A stretch of DNA of 64,000 bases, from NCBI GenBank assembly GCA_963823665.1, contig CAWGMQ010000008.1:2112001-2176000 (forward strand), written 5' to 3'. The notes under the pieces were generated by a model, which was not told the DNA's origin, made no database searches, and was given only the letters and a program-made list of their open reading frames with translations. Origin of the DNA: an uncultured Planctomycetota bacterium (lineage in GTDB: Bacteria; Planctomycetota; Planctomycetia; Isosphaerales; Isosphaeraceae). Of this stretch, positions 30,571-40,654 are shown piece after piece. Made by a program: the position numbers and the translations under genes. Numbering within the stretch: position 1 is the first letter of the stretch; each line of letters starts with the position of its first letter.

Positions 30571-33000
30571 TCAGTCTACAAATAAAAACTCGCTTGTGGC
30601 GAGCAGCGCTTGCGCATAACGCTCACAGCGGCTCATGCCGGTATGGCGCGAAGGACTGTCATCGGCACCCAGGAGATAATGTAGGCCGAGAATTCGTTCA
30701 CGTTCGGTCGCCGGCCGGCCGAAGCATAGCTCGTAAGCGCGGCGGATCAGGTCGTCGTCAGCGTCGCGAATTCCGGCGGACGCCGACTGCTTCAGTCGAG
30801 CGGCCACGGCTCGGGCGTTCGCGATCATGAATTCGCTGTTCAACACGAAGAGCTGCTGGATGGGAACGGTCGTTTCGACTCGTGCACCGCTCGTGATGTT
30901 GGGGTCGGGAAAGTCGAACAGCCGCAGCATCCAGGCCAGGTCATGACGGCTGATGGCGGCATAGAGAGTTCGGCGCTCGTTCGCGGGTAAATCCAGGCTG
31001 AGCGACGGCCCACCCATCTTCAAGTCAAGACGCCCGGCCACGGCCAGGATGGCATCGCGCCATGCTTCGACGTCCAGCCGGCGCCGGTTCATCCGCCAGA
31101 GAAGCACGTTCTGCGGGTCCTTCGATTGACTGGTCGAATCAAACCGGCTGCTCTGGCGGTAGGTCGAAGACAACATGATCTCGCGATGCAGTGACTTGAG
31201 CGACCATCCTGAGGCGATGAATCGCCGAGCAAGCCAATCGAGCAGTTCGGGATGGCTCGGCCGTTCGCCCAGGGCGCCGAAGTTGCTCGGCGTGGCGACG
31301 AGCCCGTTGCCGAAGTGGTGCTGCCAAACCCGGTTGACCATCACCCGCGCGGTGAGAGGGTTGCCTTCGCTGGCGATGGCAAGCGCCAGCTCGAGGCGTC
31401 CGCTCCCTCGAGCGAACGGCCTCTGATCGCCTCCGAGCACAGTCAGAAAGTGCCGCGGCACCGTGGCACCGGGCGTGGTCGAGTTGCCGCGGATCAAGAC
31501 CGGTGCATCACCCGGACGCGATGCCTCACCGAGGGTATGGATGACGGGGAAGGGGGGCGGAGCGTGCTTCTTCAAGCCGGCGAGCTCGGTCCGAAGGCCC
31601 GCGAGCTTTTTCTTGCCTTCATCAGAAAGCTTGGATTCGACCTGCTTCAACTGATTGCCGGCTACTTTAAGTCTCAGGCGATCGGCTTCTCCCTTCAGGA
31701 ACGCGTTAATCTCCTTATCCTTGGCTTGAATCGCGGATTGGGCCGCCTTGTAGGCGTCGACAACTTCCCTGGGAACGGCCGGCTCCTCGACGTACTCCGT
31801 GCTGGCGAAAACACCTTCGAGCGCATAGAAATCGGTCGTTGGAACCGGGTCGTACTTGTGGTCGTGGCAACGCGCACAGGCCACGGTGAGCCCCAGGAAT
31901 CCGCGGGTCAAGGTGTCGATCCGATCGGCGTACTGGTCGTGCTTCTGGGCATCTCCGTAATAGACCGGCCCGCACGCGAAGAACCCCAGCGCCGCCAGAC
32001 GCTCTGCACGCCCGGGCCCTTCGATCAGGTCGCCTGCAATCTGTTCGCGAACAAAGCGGTCGTAGGCGATATCTTCGTTCAAAGCCCGGACCACCCAATC
32101 ACGGTACCGGTATCCATTCGGGTAAAGCCGCGGCTGAAATGAGTGGGCTTGGTCCTCGCCATACCGCGCGACGTCGAGCCAGTATCGGCTCCATCGTTCG
32201 CCGTATTGCGGAGATGCCAGCAGCCTCTCAACGAGCCGAGCATATGCACCCGGAGATTCATCCGCCTGAAACGCTGTGACCTCCGCAGGTGCAGGAGGCA
32301 GTCCAACGAGATCGAAGTAGGCGCGTCGGATCAATGTCGCCTTATCCGCTGCGGGTGCCGGCGCGAGGTGGTTTTCCTCGAGCTTGGCGAGCACGAAGCG
32401 GTCGATCGCCGAAGCAGGCCATGTTTCGTCTTTGACCGGCGGTGGCGCCGGATCTCGCAACGGTTGAAACGACCAGAATGACCGTTGCGCGGCGCTGATG
32501 CTGGGGCCCGATGCGAGGGACGACCCGGATGATGGCGGCGTGGAAGTCGCTGCCGGGCCGGCCGCACGGCGTGGGGTCGCCGGCCAGATCGCACCGCGCT
32601 TCACCCATTCCGTGAGGGCGGCAATCTCATCATCCTTGAGTTTTCCCTTCGGGGGCATCTGCACGTCCCCCTCATAGCGGATCGCTGCGATCAGCGGGCT
32701 GGTGCCCGGCTTGCCGGGAACCACCACCGGCCCACTTTCGGCCCCCTTGAGAACCGCTTCTCGCGAGTCGAGCCGCAGGCCGCCTTTGCTCTTCTCGCTC
32801 CCGTGACATTCGAGACACCGGTTGAAAAGCACCGGCCGGATCTTGGTCTCGAAAAATTCCTCCTGTGCGCGGTGATCGGCATTCGCCGTCGCGGGCTTCT
32901 GCGCAGACACGGGCCTCGTCAGGCCTGAAAGCGCCCCGGCGAGCAAGAACCACAACAGAAGCAAGGCGCGCAAGCTCGAGCTTCGTGAGCCGGCCATCAT
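30571..33000 (-). CDS. Planctomycete cytochrome c + DUF1549/DUF1553 (PSD1) protein
   Basis: FFETKIRPVL..CLECH, YGERWSRYWLDVARY, CARCHDHKYDP, ARVMVNRVWQHHFG, HPELLDWLA, EFLFVD. Confidence 0.95.
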   Translation of the reverse strand: MMAGSRSSSLRALLLLWFLLAGALSGLTRPVSAQKPATANADHRAQEEFFETKIRPVLFNRCLECHGSEKSKGGLRLDSREAVLKGAESGPVVVPGKPGTSPLIAAIRYEGDVQMPPKGKLKDDEIAALTEWVKRGAIWPATPRRAAGPAATSTPPSSGSSLASGPSISAAQRSFWSFQPLRDPAPPPVKDETWPASAIDRFVLAKLEENHLAPAPAADKATLIRRAYFDLVGLPPAPAEVTAFQADESPGAYARLVERLLASPQYGERWSRYWLDVARYGEDQAHSFQPRLYPNGYRYRDWVVRALNEDIAYDRFVREQIAGDLIEGPGRAERLAALGFFACGPVYYGDAQKHDQYADRIDTLTRGFLGLTVACARCHDHKYDPVPTTDFYALEGVFASTEYVEEPAVPREVVDAYKAAQSAIQAKDKEINAFLKGEADRLRLKVAGNQLKQVESKLSDEGKKKLAGLRTELAGLKKHAPPPFPVIHTLGEASRPGDAPVLIRGNSTTPGATVPRHFLTVLGGDQRPFARGSGRLELALAIASEGNPLTARVMVNRVWQHHFGNGLVATPSNFGALGERPSHPELLDWLARRFIASGWSLKSLHREIMLSSTYRQSSRFDSTSQSKDPQNVLLWRMNRRRLDVEAWRDAILAVAGRLDLKMGGPSLSLDLPANERRTLYAAISRHDLAWMLRLFDFPDPNITSGARVETTVPIQQLFVLNSEFMIANARAVAARLKQSASAGIRDADDDLIRRAYELCFGRPATERERILGLHYLLGADDSPSRHTGMSRCERYAQALLATSEFLFVD

Positions 33001-33146
33001 TCTTACCTGCGGTGGGACAAGCGTTTAACCAATATTAAACATCGGCCATTTGTGGGCTGGTGTCAAGGAATAATGCGGACGTGGGCGAACATGACAGGTG
33101 CAGTAGATGAGACAGGAGGAGGCCGGTTCTGCGGCGTCACACTCCA

Positions 33147-35534
33147 TCAACGCTTGGCCGGGCGATTGAACTTTGCTTCGAAGGCTCGCAGGCGTTTCAG
33201 GTTCGCTTGATCGCGCACGAAGATTTCGCATGCCATCTGATACGAGGCGGTGGTCTTGGTACATATCAGCGTTTGTGGACTGCCAACTCGCAGAGTTTCG
33301 TGCGTCAGGTCGCAGCCATTGTTCTCGATGATCTGGTGCAAATGACGACGACGCTCCCTGCGAACAGGGAATCGGTGCATCGATTCCTGAAGGTTGGCAA
33401 GAAACTCGCTCAGTTCCCTGCAGTCGGGGCATGTGCAAGAGAGCTTGGCCGGACGGCGAAAATCGGCCGGACGCGTTGGGGCATGCTCTGTGCGTTTCTC
33501 GAACTCAGCCCGGCAGCGCCCCAACCACCCCTTCACCACACGACCGACTTCACCCTTGATTCGACCCAGGCCCGATTCGAGCGTAAAGATGGCGGCCGCG
33601 TGGGCGCTCGTCAGATCGTATGTGCGCGCCTCAGCGATCGTATGATCCACGAGCCGCTCGAGCGATGTGCTGGATTCGATCGATATCATCGATTTGACGA
33701 GCGAGGCCAGTAGCCCACCGCGTTCAATTCTCTCGACATCCCAGTCGTCCGGCGTTCGCTTTTTGTCAAAGAGCATCAGCGCTGTTACGGCATGATCCGC
33801 AAGATGAGTGCACAGTTTCGTGCGCGCGACATCCTTGTCGCGCAGCAGGCAAAGTGTTTCCAGGAGCGACGCGTTGCGCACCAGCGTGTCGGACGTCACC
33901 CCATCGATGACAGAGGTCAAGCCGTCCTGAAAAAGAGCCCACCCGTGCCGTTTGCAAAACGATGGAAAGGATTTTCCAACGTGAATGTCACCGTCCTTCG
34001 AAACGACCTCAATGAGGAACCGGTTCATCAATTTCGGATCGCCCAAATCCTCCAGCACTTGCGAGAACTGCGAGCGGTCCAGCTTGGTCTCCGGCGTATA
34101 CGTGTGGTAGCTGAACTCCGGCGGCCCCCAGGTCTTGATGATGGCGCTCGCAAACTCTGTGCATTCCTTTTTCAGTTTCTGTTGATCGGAGCGTCGGACG
34201 CGCTTCAACCGCCCGACAAGTTTCTTGATTCCGGAAATCGCGGCGTCGGTGCCGGCGCCGCATAGAACTTCGAAGTTCTTCTCCTCAGGCCAGATGATAA
34301 CCGCCGCGCGGTGATACCAGCGTTCGAGCGTCATCCCGGCGTTGCCCGTATAGCCTTCGAAATCCTCGCGACCCAGGTCCCAGTCCTCAAGCGGACAATT
34401 CGAGACGATCTCCGCTTCACCGAGCGCCATCTCGCCGAAAGCGATTTTGTTTCCTTCACGGTCCGACCAGTGATTGACGGATAGCCCCTGGTCGTAGATC
34501 TCGCCCATTTCGTGGCCGGTACCTTCGTCGGGCTCCTCGTCTTCTTCGCCGTACGACCAGCTCTCGTAGTCACGATAGCCACGCGAATAACCGTAGTCAC
34601 CCCCCTCTGCGCTGCCGCTTTGCCAGCGAGTGATCAGAGCCAGATGGGCGGCGCAGCCGGCGTGTTCCGCGGCGGCGAACAACACATCAGCGCGGGCGCG
34701 ATCGACGCCCTTGAGCGTGCTGATGTTTAATCCCTCGGGAGTGTACTGATGCTCAAAGGTGACAGCCAGCTTCGATATCCCTCCGGTCGACGGCCAATCC
34801 GCGAGCAATTCGCTGATCGAGGCGATGATCGGGGCGGATTGCGGGGCCGAGATTCCGCTCTTGTGGCGCGAGCCGGCGACAGTCAAGTTGTAGACGAGAC
34901 AAAGGCGATAACCTTCGCGAATTGGCTTCACTTCGTGCTCGCAATCCGCATAAAACGCAGCAAAGCTGAGCTCATATCCCGACGCGGCACCGGCGAGCGC
35001 CACCTCGTGGCGCTTTCCTTCGTGAGTCACAACCAGCTTACCCCCCTTGTGCGGTGAGGGCAGACCGATGATCAACGTCGCGACCATCCCATCAAGCTTT
35101 TCGCCGTCACGATGGGAGAGGAAGAAACTCTCTCTCTCATACACCAGCAGCTTATAGAGCCGCGCGGCCAATTTGCTGCCTTCAAGGCCGAGCGCGACGC
35201 GTGTTTCGTCGGTGATCGTTGAGACCACCTCGTCCCACTTGGGATTGGTCAACTTGAATCGGGCGGGGTCGAGCTCCCACACATGGCGCACATTCGTGTC
35301 GACCAGCGTCTCGGTACCCTTGCCGTAGGGCGCCTGAGAACATCGTCCGATCAACTCACGTGCCTGCGATTCCCCAAGTGGAAGACGGATCGCGCCGAGC
35401 CCATCGACTTCCAGCCCGGGCATTGTCACCGGAAGGTCACGAGAGACGCAGATCGATCCTGGACGATCGACCTTCCTGAGGATCTCGAGCAATCGCTCCT
35501 GAATCGCTGCTTGGGCCTTTTCCACGGTTGCCAT
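33147..35534 (-). CDS. Large 2OG-Fe(II) oxygenase domain protein
   Basis: QAPYGKG.ETLVD, LYKLLVYE..FF..HRD.EK (HxD), AFYADCEHEV.P...GYRLCLVYNL; C-terminal CTCPDC; GGAGG before ATG 35534. Confidence 0.87.
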   Translation of the reverse strand: MATVEKAQAAIQERLLEILRKVDRPGSICVSRDLPVTMPGLEVDGLGAIRLPLGESQARELIGRCSQAPYGKGTETLVDTNVRHVWELDPARFKLTNPKWDEVVSTITDETRVALGLEGSKLAARLYKLLVYERESFFLSHRDGEKLDGMVATLIIGLPSPHKGGKLVVTHEGKRHEVALAGAASGYELSFAAFYADCEHEVKPIREGYRLCLVYNLTVAGSRHKSGISAPQSAPIIASISELLADWPSTGGISKLAVTFEHQYTPEGLNISTLKGVDRARADVLFAAAEHAGCAAHLALITRWQSGSAEGGDYGYSRGYRDYESWSYGEEDEEPDEGTGHEMGEIYDQGLSVNHWSDREGNKIAFGEMALGEAEIVSNCPLEDWDLGREDFEGYTGNAGMTLERWYHRAAVIIWPEEKNFEVLCGAGTDAAISGIKKLVGRLKRVRRSDQQKLKKECTEFASAIIKTWGPPEFSYHTYTPETKLDRSQFSQVLEDLGDPKLMNRFLIEVVSKDGDIHVGKSFPSFCKRHGWALFQDGLTSVIDGVTSDTLVRNASLLETLCLLRDKDVARTKLCTHLADHAVTALMLFDKKRTPDDWDVERIERGGLLASLVKSMISIESSTSLERLVDHTIAEARTYDLTSAHAAAIFTLESGLGRIKGEVGRVVKGWLGRCRAEFEKRTEHAPTRPADFRRPAKLSCTCPDCRELSEFLANLQESMHRFPVRRERRRHLHQIIENNGCDLTHETLRVGSPQTLICTKTTASYQMACEIFVRDQANLKRLRAFEAKFNRPAKR

Positions 35535-35565
35535 GTCGGTTCCTCCGTGTAGTGATTTACTCGTT

Positions 35566-36181
35566 TCATCGCCAGGCAGGGTTGCTCCACAGCCCGGCAG
35601 CGGTTGTGGCAGGCTTGCCATCGTTTTGTCCCGCCGAAAAGATCAGAGGCTCCGGTGCTTTACCCCGCTGGAAGTGCATCATCAGCAATCGCTTCCCGTC
35701 CGGTGATGGCGCGGGGAACGCGCATCCCTTCATCCCGTCGACGTAAGGTTTCTCGTCGCCACCTTCGAGGTCGCAGGTCTTCCACAGATGTGACACCAGG
35801 TCTTGATACAAGAGTAGGTAGTCGGTACATCGAGGGGTGCCTCGAACGGGCGATATTTCCCTGTTTTCCCTCGGTCATTCACATACCAAACATTGTCCTT
35901 CTGAGTGATGCGAGCGATTTCCTCGCGGCGGCCTTGAAACTCAGCCGAGCGTACGGAGCGTCTCATGCCTGGAGCAATGATGACCTCGACGACGAACTGG
36001 TAGCCGCCGGGCACCAAGGTTGTCGTCGTCCACGACGCAGTCTCTTTCTCGAGTCGTTTCATCGAGGCTTTGCCGGCGCGCGCGATGGCGGCGCGGTCTG
36101 CGCCTGGGGGACACCCTGTCCAAGAACAGGGCAAGCCAGTGAAATCCAGCAGATTCCGATTTTCCAGAGCGGGCGTGTCAT
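35566..36181 (-). pseudogene. Fragmented secreted protein with TolB/PD40-like C-terminus
   Basis: Three frames: signal-like MTRPLWKIGICWISLACPVLGQ, middle ASMKRLEKETASW..YRPFEAPLD, end FPAPSPDGKRLLMMHF..LWSNPAWR. Confidence 0.55.
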
Positions 36182-36306
36182 GCGTGGCGCATATCCTGCT
36201 GAAGTTCCGGTGGCGAGTTCGATGTTCCCAACATGGTATCGCGGCATGCCAGGGAGTCAAATTGCCGCTCAAATCGATCGGCGGGCGGTCGAGCAGTCGC
36301 CTTGCG

Positions 36307-36705
36307 TCAGTCCCAATCCCAACGCGGCCTTGCTCGGTACGACAGACACACGAGCCACAGCAGCCCCAAACCCAGCCATTGCAGTAGCGGAAATCCGACC
36401 TCGATCAATGGTCCACCGCAGTTCATCACGATCTCACCGGTGTAACGAGCTTGGACGAACGGCAAGATATCGTTCGCATACACCGCGACCGCCAAACCGG
36501 CGCTAATCGCCGTACCGGCAAAGACAAGCCCGGTGCCAAGCCGCCGGTGCCGCGAGAATGCCAGAATGCAATGCCCGATGTAGGGAGCACTTGTCCAGCA
36601 GACGAAGAAGTGAATGGATCGTGCGTCCATCCCGGCGGCCACGCATAGTGCGAGCATCGCACCGATCGCGATGAGGCTCGCACAAATGCTCAATGCGGTG
36701 TACAT
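36307..36705 (-). CDS. Small membrane protein (4 predicted TM)
   Basis: Four hydrophobic stretches in 132 aa. Confidence 0.6.
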   Translation of the reverse strand: MYTALSICASLIAIGAMLALCVAAGMDARSIHFFVCWTSAPYIGHCILAFSRHRRLGTGLVFAGTAISAGLAVAVYANDILPFVQARYTGEIVMNCGGPLIEVGFPLLQWLGLGLLWLVCLSYRARPRWDWD

Positions 36706-36922
36706 GAGCTGTCTTTCCCTAGCTCCCGAGCCGAAGCCTGGCAAACCGGCTTGGCGAGAGCGAGGGTCATTTTACCAGAAAACCATGTTTCACTTGATCA
36801 GAATGCGCATCTCTTTGCGGAGCACGCCGGATTTCTGCGGCCAGTTCGTTTTGGAACGGCTCCGAAGTTCGCAGGGGCGCGACGCTTGCCTGGGCCGCGC
36901 GATCGATTGGCCGGATGCCTGC

Positions 36923-37807
36923 TCAATCCTTCGCGCTTGCAGCTCGGTCCAGTCGCTCGGCCTCAGCCTGCTGCGCGGTCGACTGAAAATGGGGCTTGAG
37001 TAGGGGCTCGACGTTCGGCGGTACTTCCGGCACCGGATCGGTTTCGGGAATACCGCCTCTCTCAAGCAGTTCATTGAGAATCGGGCCGTGCAACATGTCT
37101 TCAAGGTCGCGAAGCCGGCGAGCAACGTACGCGCCGTCCAGAACGCGATGGTCGTAAATCAGTTTCACGATCACCCGCCCGGTATCCGGATCGATCGGGC
37201 CGTACGTGAGCGTGGTTGAAAGCGGTGAGATCGGGTGAATCTGCTCAGCCCCCAGCGCTCCGTAGCTCGAAAGCCCGAACGTTCCGAATCGCTTGCTGCG
37301 CTTGAAACCCGAGATATTCAGCGTGCCCCACCACAAAAGCCGCCGTAGCGGCGTCGGCGCCTTGCTGAACCGCAGCGCCATGCGGTAGAACCCGACCTTC
37401 TCGAGCGTCTCGTTCTTGTACCAGGCTACCGCCTGTTGAAGCTGACTCAGAGTTTGCTGCTCGGGCGCCCGGAAGATTCCGACGAAGACACCTTCTTCGC
37501 CTTGATAAACGCGCTCGATCGCCATCGCACAGTTCATCCAGGGGTGCTGATACAGCCGAGGCCATGGGAATTCCAGCAATGACCGCCGCAACGGCGGATT
37601 TTCAGCTCCCACCAAAGCATAAGCCTTCATGAAAACACACGACCAGGACGGCCGCGCGGGATGCCGGACCCTCGCATCGGAGAGCGCTGAAAGATCAATC
37701 GTTCGCGCAACCGGCGCCGAGGGAATCCGGCGCGCAAAATGAACCAGGTCGCCGATAAATTTCCGCGGCCCCGGCAACGGTAGATAATGTCCGGTCGGCT
37801 CGCGCAT
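36923..37807 (-). CDS. Stand-alone acyltransferase, 2-oxoacid dehydrogenase E2/CAT-like catalytic domain
   Basis: FMKAYALV..PPLR, FGTFGLSSYG, LIYDHRVLDG (HxxxDG); no lipoyl domain. Start taken at MREPTG. Confidence 0.8.
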   Translation of the reverse strand: MREPTGHYLPLPGPRKFIGDLVHFARRIPSAPVARTIDLSALSDARVRHPARPSWSCVFMKAYALVGAENPPLRRSLLEFPWPRLYQHPWMNCAMAIERVYQGEEGVFVGIFRAPEQQTLSQLQQAVAWYKNETLEKVGFYRMALRFSKAPTPLRRLLWWGTLNISGFKRSKRFGTFGLSSYGALGAEQIHPISPLSTTLTYGPIDPDTGRVIVKLIYDHRVLDGAYVARRLRDLEDMLHGPILNELLERGGIPETDPVPEVPPNVEPLLKPHFQSTAQQAEAERLDRAASAKD

Positions 37808-38222
37808 CCATGCACCCTTGGAAGAACTGGGAGGGGTAATCGAAACCTGTGTGCCGAAGAAGGGCGCATGGGCAGTGCGGTTGCTTCGGCGATAACCGGC
37901 GACAACGAGGCGGAGACTACAGGAAGTCGCCATTCTGGGGAAGCCGAAGGTCACGATCGTGGTCGCATGCATGGTCGGGTAAAGAGATCGTTCGTGTACT
38001 CCGTGAATGTCAAATCTGTCGTTTGCCGGCGCTCGGCCCGGTTGGGAGCGTTCGATCAGGGATGGATTCCCGCAATCGGGTCGCGTATACCATAATCGTT
38101 TGCATTTCTCCCGGCTTACTCGGGCGGCGTGGTCATGGACGTGCTCTCGTGCGACCATGGTCAATGGCAACAGCGAGTTGTTTGCCGGGATTCGTTTGGC
38201 GATCCTGCAGCCGAGCACGGCC

Positions 38223-39011
38223 TTGCCTCCAGAAGATCAGGCACACGTATTCGTTCACCTGCTGCCGAGGCTCATTCCGCACGGATTTCTACGGGGCGGC
38301 GTGGCCGTCGTCGTTGACGTGCTGCGAGCGACCACCGTGATGGTGCATGCGCTCGCGGCCGGTTGCGCGGAGATCATCCCTTGCGGTGAAATCGATGAAG
38401 CCAGAGAAATCGCGGTCAATCTACCCGAGGGCACGGCGTTGCTCGCCGGCGAACGCCAGGGACTGCCGATCCCCGGGTTCGACCTGGGAAATTCCCCAGA
38501 CGACTTTACCGCAGAAGTCTGCAAAGGAAAAACCCTGGTCATGACGACGACCAACGGCACCCGGGCGATTCTGGCCAGCCTCGATGCGGAACGCGTGTAC
38601 ATCGCCAGTTTCGGGAACTTGCGGGCGACTTCGACCGAGCTATCCGTTCAGTTCCTCAAGAAGGACCACAAACATCCAGTGCACATCATCTGCGCGGGAA
38701 CGGATGGCCACATCAGCCTGGAAGACAGCCTGCTGGCGGGCGCCCTGGCGGCTCAACTGGTCAACGTGCCCGCAGAGCATGTCTCAAGCTGTTTCGGCAA
38801 CGACGAGGCCCTTATGGCCGTCTGTCAGTGGAACGATGTGGAGCGATTTTTGGAGAGACGTACTCTTTCGTCTCTCCTGAGTTTGGGTCGAGGTGGAAGG
38901 AATCTAGACGGGATCGGCTTGGCGGTGGATTTCGACGCTTCGAGCCGGGTTGACCATCTGCCTCTGGTCGCGATGCTGGAGCGTGAACCCTTGCGAGTTG
39001 TGGCGGTCTGA
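38223..39011 (+). CDS. comB: 2-phosphosulfolactate phosphatase family protein
   Basis: VVVDVLRATT, LAGERQG..GFDLGNSP, MTTTNGTRA, SLEDSLLAG. Start approximate. Confidence 0.92.
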   Translation: MPPEDQAHVFVHLLPRLIPHGFLRGGVAVVVDVLRATTVMVHALAAGCAEIIPCGEIDEAREIAVNLPEGTALLAGERQGLPIPGFDLGNSPDDFTAEVCKGKTLVMTTTNGTRAILASLDAERVYIASFGNLRATSTELSVQFLKKDHKHPVHIICAGTDGHISLEDSLLAGALAAQLVNVPAEHVSSCFGNDEALMAVCQWNDVERFLERRTLSSLLSLGRGGRNLDGIGLAVDFDASSRVDHLPLVAMLEREPLRVVAV

Positions 39012-39075
39012 AGCGAAAGCCGGACCACGCGGCGAGTGTCGCCGCGTTCGTGCTCCCTTTCAGGAAGGTGACGAA

Positions 39076-40602
39076 ATGCTCGACGATATGGACAAGCTGG
39101 TCTCACTCTGCAAAAGACGGGGATTTGTCTTTCCCTCGAGCGAGATTTACGGGGGCATCAACGGATTCTGGGACTATGGACCGCTCGGTGTGGAGCTGAA
39201 GCGGAACATCAAGGAAGCCTGGTGGCGCGACAACGTCCAGATGCGCGATGACATGGTGGGGCTCGACTGTTCGATCATCATGAACCCTAAGGTATGGGAG
39301 GCGTCAGGTCACGTCAGCGGTTTTTCCGACCCGATGGTTGACTGTCGCGCGACCAAAGAGCGTTATCGGGCCGACCAGCTTTTCGTCTTCGCGTATGTCT
39401 TCCCGGCCGTCAACCACAAGGGCGAGCCGACGGAAGCGTGGCTGGCTGGCCACGGCAGTTCCGCGGGCGAGGCAACCGAGCAGCCCGAGAAGAAGGCGGT
39501 GAAGCTCGCCAAGCGATTCGGTCAGCCGGTCGCGCCGCCGTCGGTCATTCCCTACCTGCAGCTCGATCCGGCCGATCGCGAAAAAGTCGTCGGTCCTTCC
39601 ACCGACGAGCGCGGCACTCTGACCGAGCCGCGTGCCTTCAATCTCATGTTCAAGACGTTCGTCGGGGCACTCGAACATGAGTCGAACGTCGCCTACCTTC
39701 GCCCCGAGACCGCGCAGGGGATTTTTGCCAACTTCAAGAACGTAGTCGATACCGGGCGGGTCAAGATTCCGTTTGGAATCGCACAGATCGGTAAGAGCTT
39801 TCGCAACGAGATTAACCCGCGCAATTTCACCTTTCGCTCGCGCGAGTTCGAGCAGATGGAGATCGAGTTCTTCTGCCGTCCCGAAGAGGCCAAGGACTGG
39901 TATGCCTACTGGCGCAAGACGCGATTCGAGTGGTACGTCGAGCTGGGGCTCCAGTCGGACAGGCTGCGGCTGCGCGACCATGACGCCGACGAGCTGGCCT
40001 TCTATTCAACGGCGACCGCCGACATCGAGTATGCCTTTCCGTTCGGGATCAGCGAGCTCGAGGGAATCGCCCACCGGGGCGACTATGACTTGACCCAGCA
40101 CATGAAGTCGAGCGGCAAAGACCTCAAGTATTTCGACGAAGATCGCAAGGAGCGGTTCGTTCCGCACGTGGTCGAACCCTCGGCAGGCGCAGACCGGGCC
40201 ACCCTGGCTTTCCTGTGCGAGGCTTTCGCGGTCGACGAAGTCGGCGGCGAGTCACGCACGGTGCTGAAATTCCACCCGCGGATCGCACCGATCAAGGCCG
40301 CGATCTTTCCGCTCGTCAAACGCGACGGCATGCCGGAAAAGGCCGAGGCGATCTATCGCGAGCTCAAACGACACCACAACGTCGCCTACGACGAGAAAGG
40401 AGCCATCGGCCGGCGTTATCGCCGCCAGGATGAGGCCGGAACTCCATTCTGCGTGACCGTCGACAGCCAAACGCTGACCGACGATACTGTCACGATTCGT
40501 GACCGCGACACCTGCCGCCAGTGGCGCGTGCCAATGGCGGGCATGCGCGCGGCCCTGGACGACCTGTTGGATGGTCGCGGCATGCCGGAGGCAAACCCTT
40601 GA
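39076..40602 (+). CDS. glyS: Glycine--tRNA ligase (alpha2 type)
   Basis: LCKRRGFVFPSSEIYGG, YLRPETAQG, GKSFRNEI.PRNF.FRSREFEQME, ELEGIAHRGDYDL, IGRRYRRQDEAGTP. Confidence 0.98.
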   Translation: MLDDMDKLVSLCKRRGFVFPSSEIYGGINGFWDYGPLGVELKRNIKEAWWRDNVQMRDDMVGLDCSIIMNPKVWEASGHVSGFSDPMVDCRATKERYRADQLFVFAYVFPAVNHKGEPTEAWLAGHGSSAGEATEQPEKKAVKLAKRFGQPVAPPSVIPYLQLDPADREKVVGPSTDERGTLTEPRAFNLMFKTFVGALEHESNVAYLRPETAQGIFANFKNVVDTGRVKIPFGIAQIGKSFRNEINPRNFTFRSREFEQMEIEFFCRPEEAKDWYAYWRKTRFEWYVELGLQSDRLRLRDHDADELAFYSTATADIEYAFPFGISELEGIAHRGDYDLTQHMKSSGKDLKYFDEDRKERFVPHVVEPSAGADRATLAFLCEAFAVDEVGGESRTVLKFHPRIAPIKAAIFPLVKRDGMPEKAEAIYRELKRHHNVAYDEKGAIGRRYRRQDEAGTPFCVTVDSQTLTDDTVTIRDRDTCRQWRVPMAGMRAALDDLLDGRGMPEANP

Positions 40603-40654
40603 TTTTGGCAATGGCATCACCCTGGAGGGGATCGTCGAGTTCTGAATCGATACC

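Noticed and set aside
37808..38222. Long N-terminal extensions giving overlapping divergent ORFs (36923..38218 and 38007..39011)
   Set aside because: Recognisable domains begin near 37807 and 38223; the interval is better read as a divergent promoter region.
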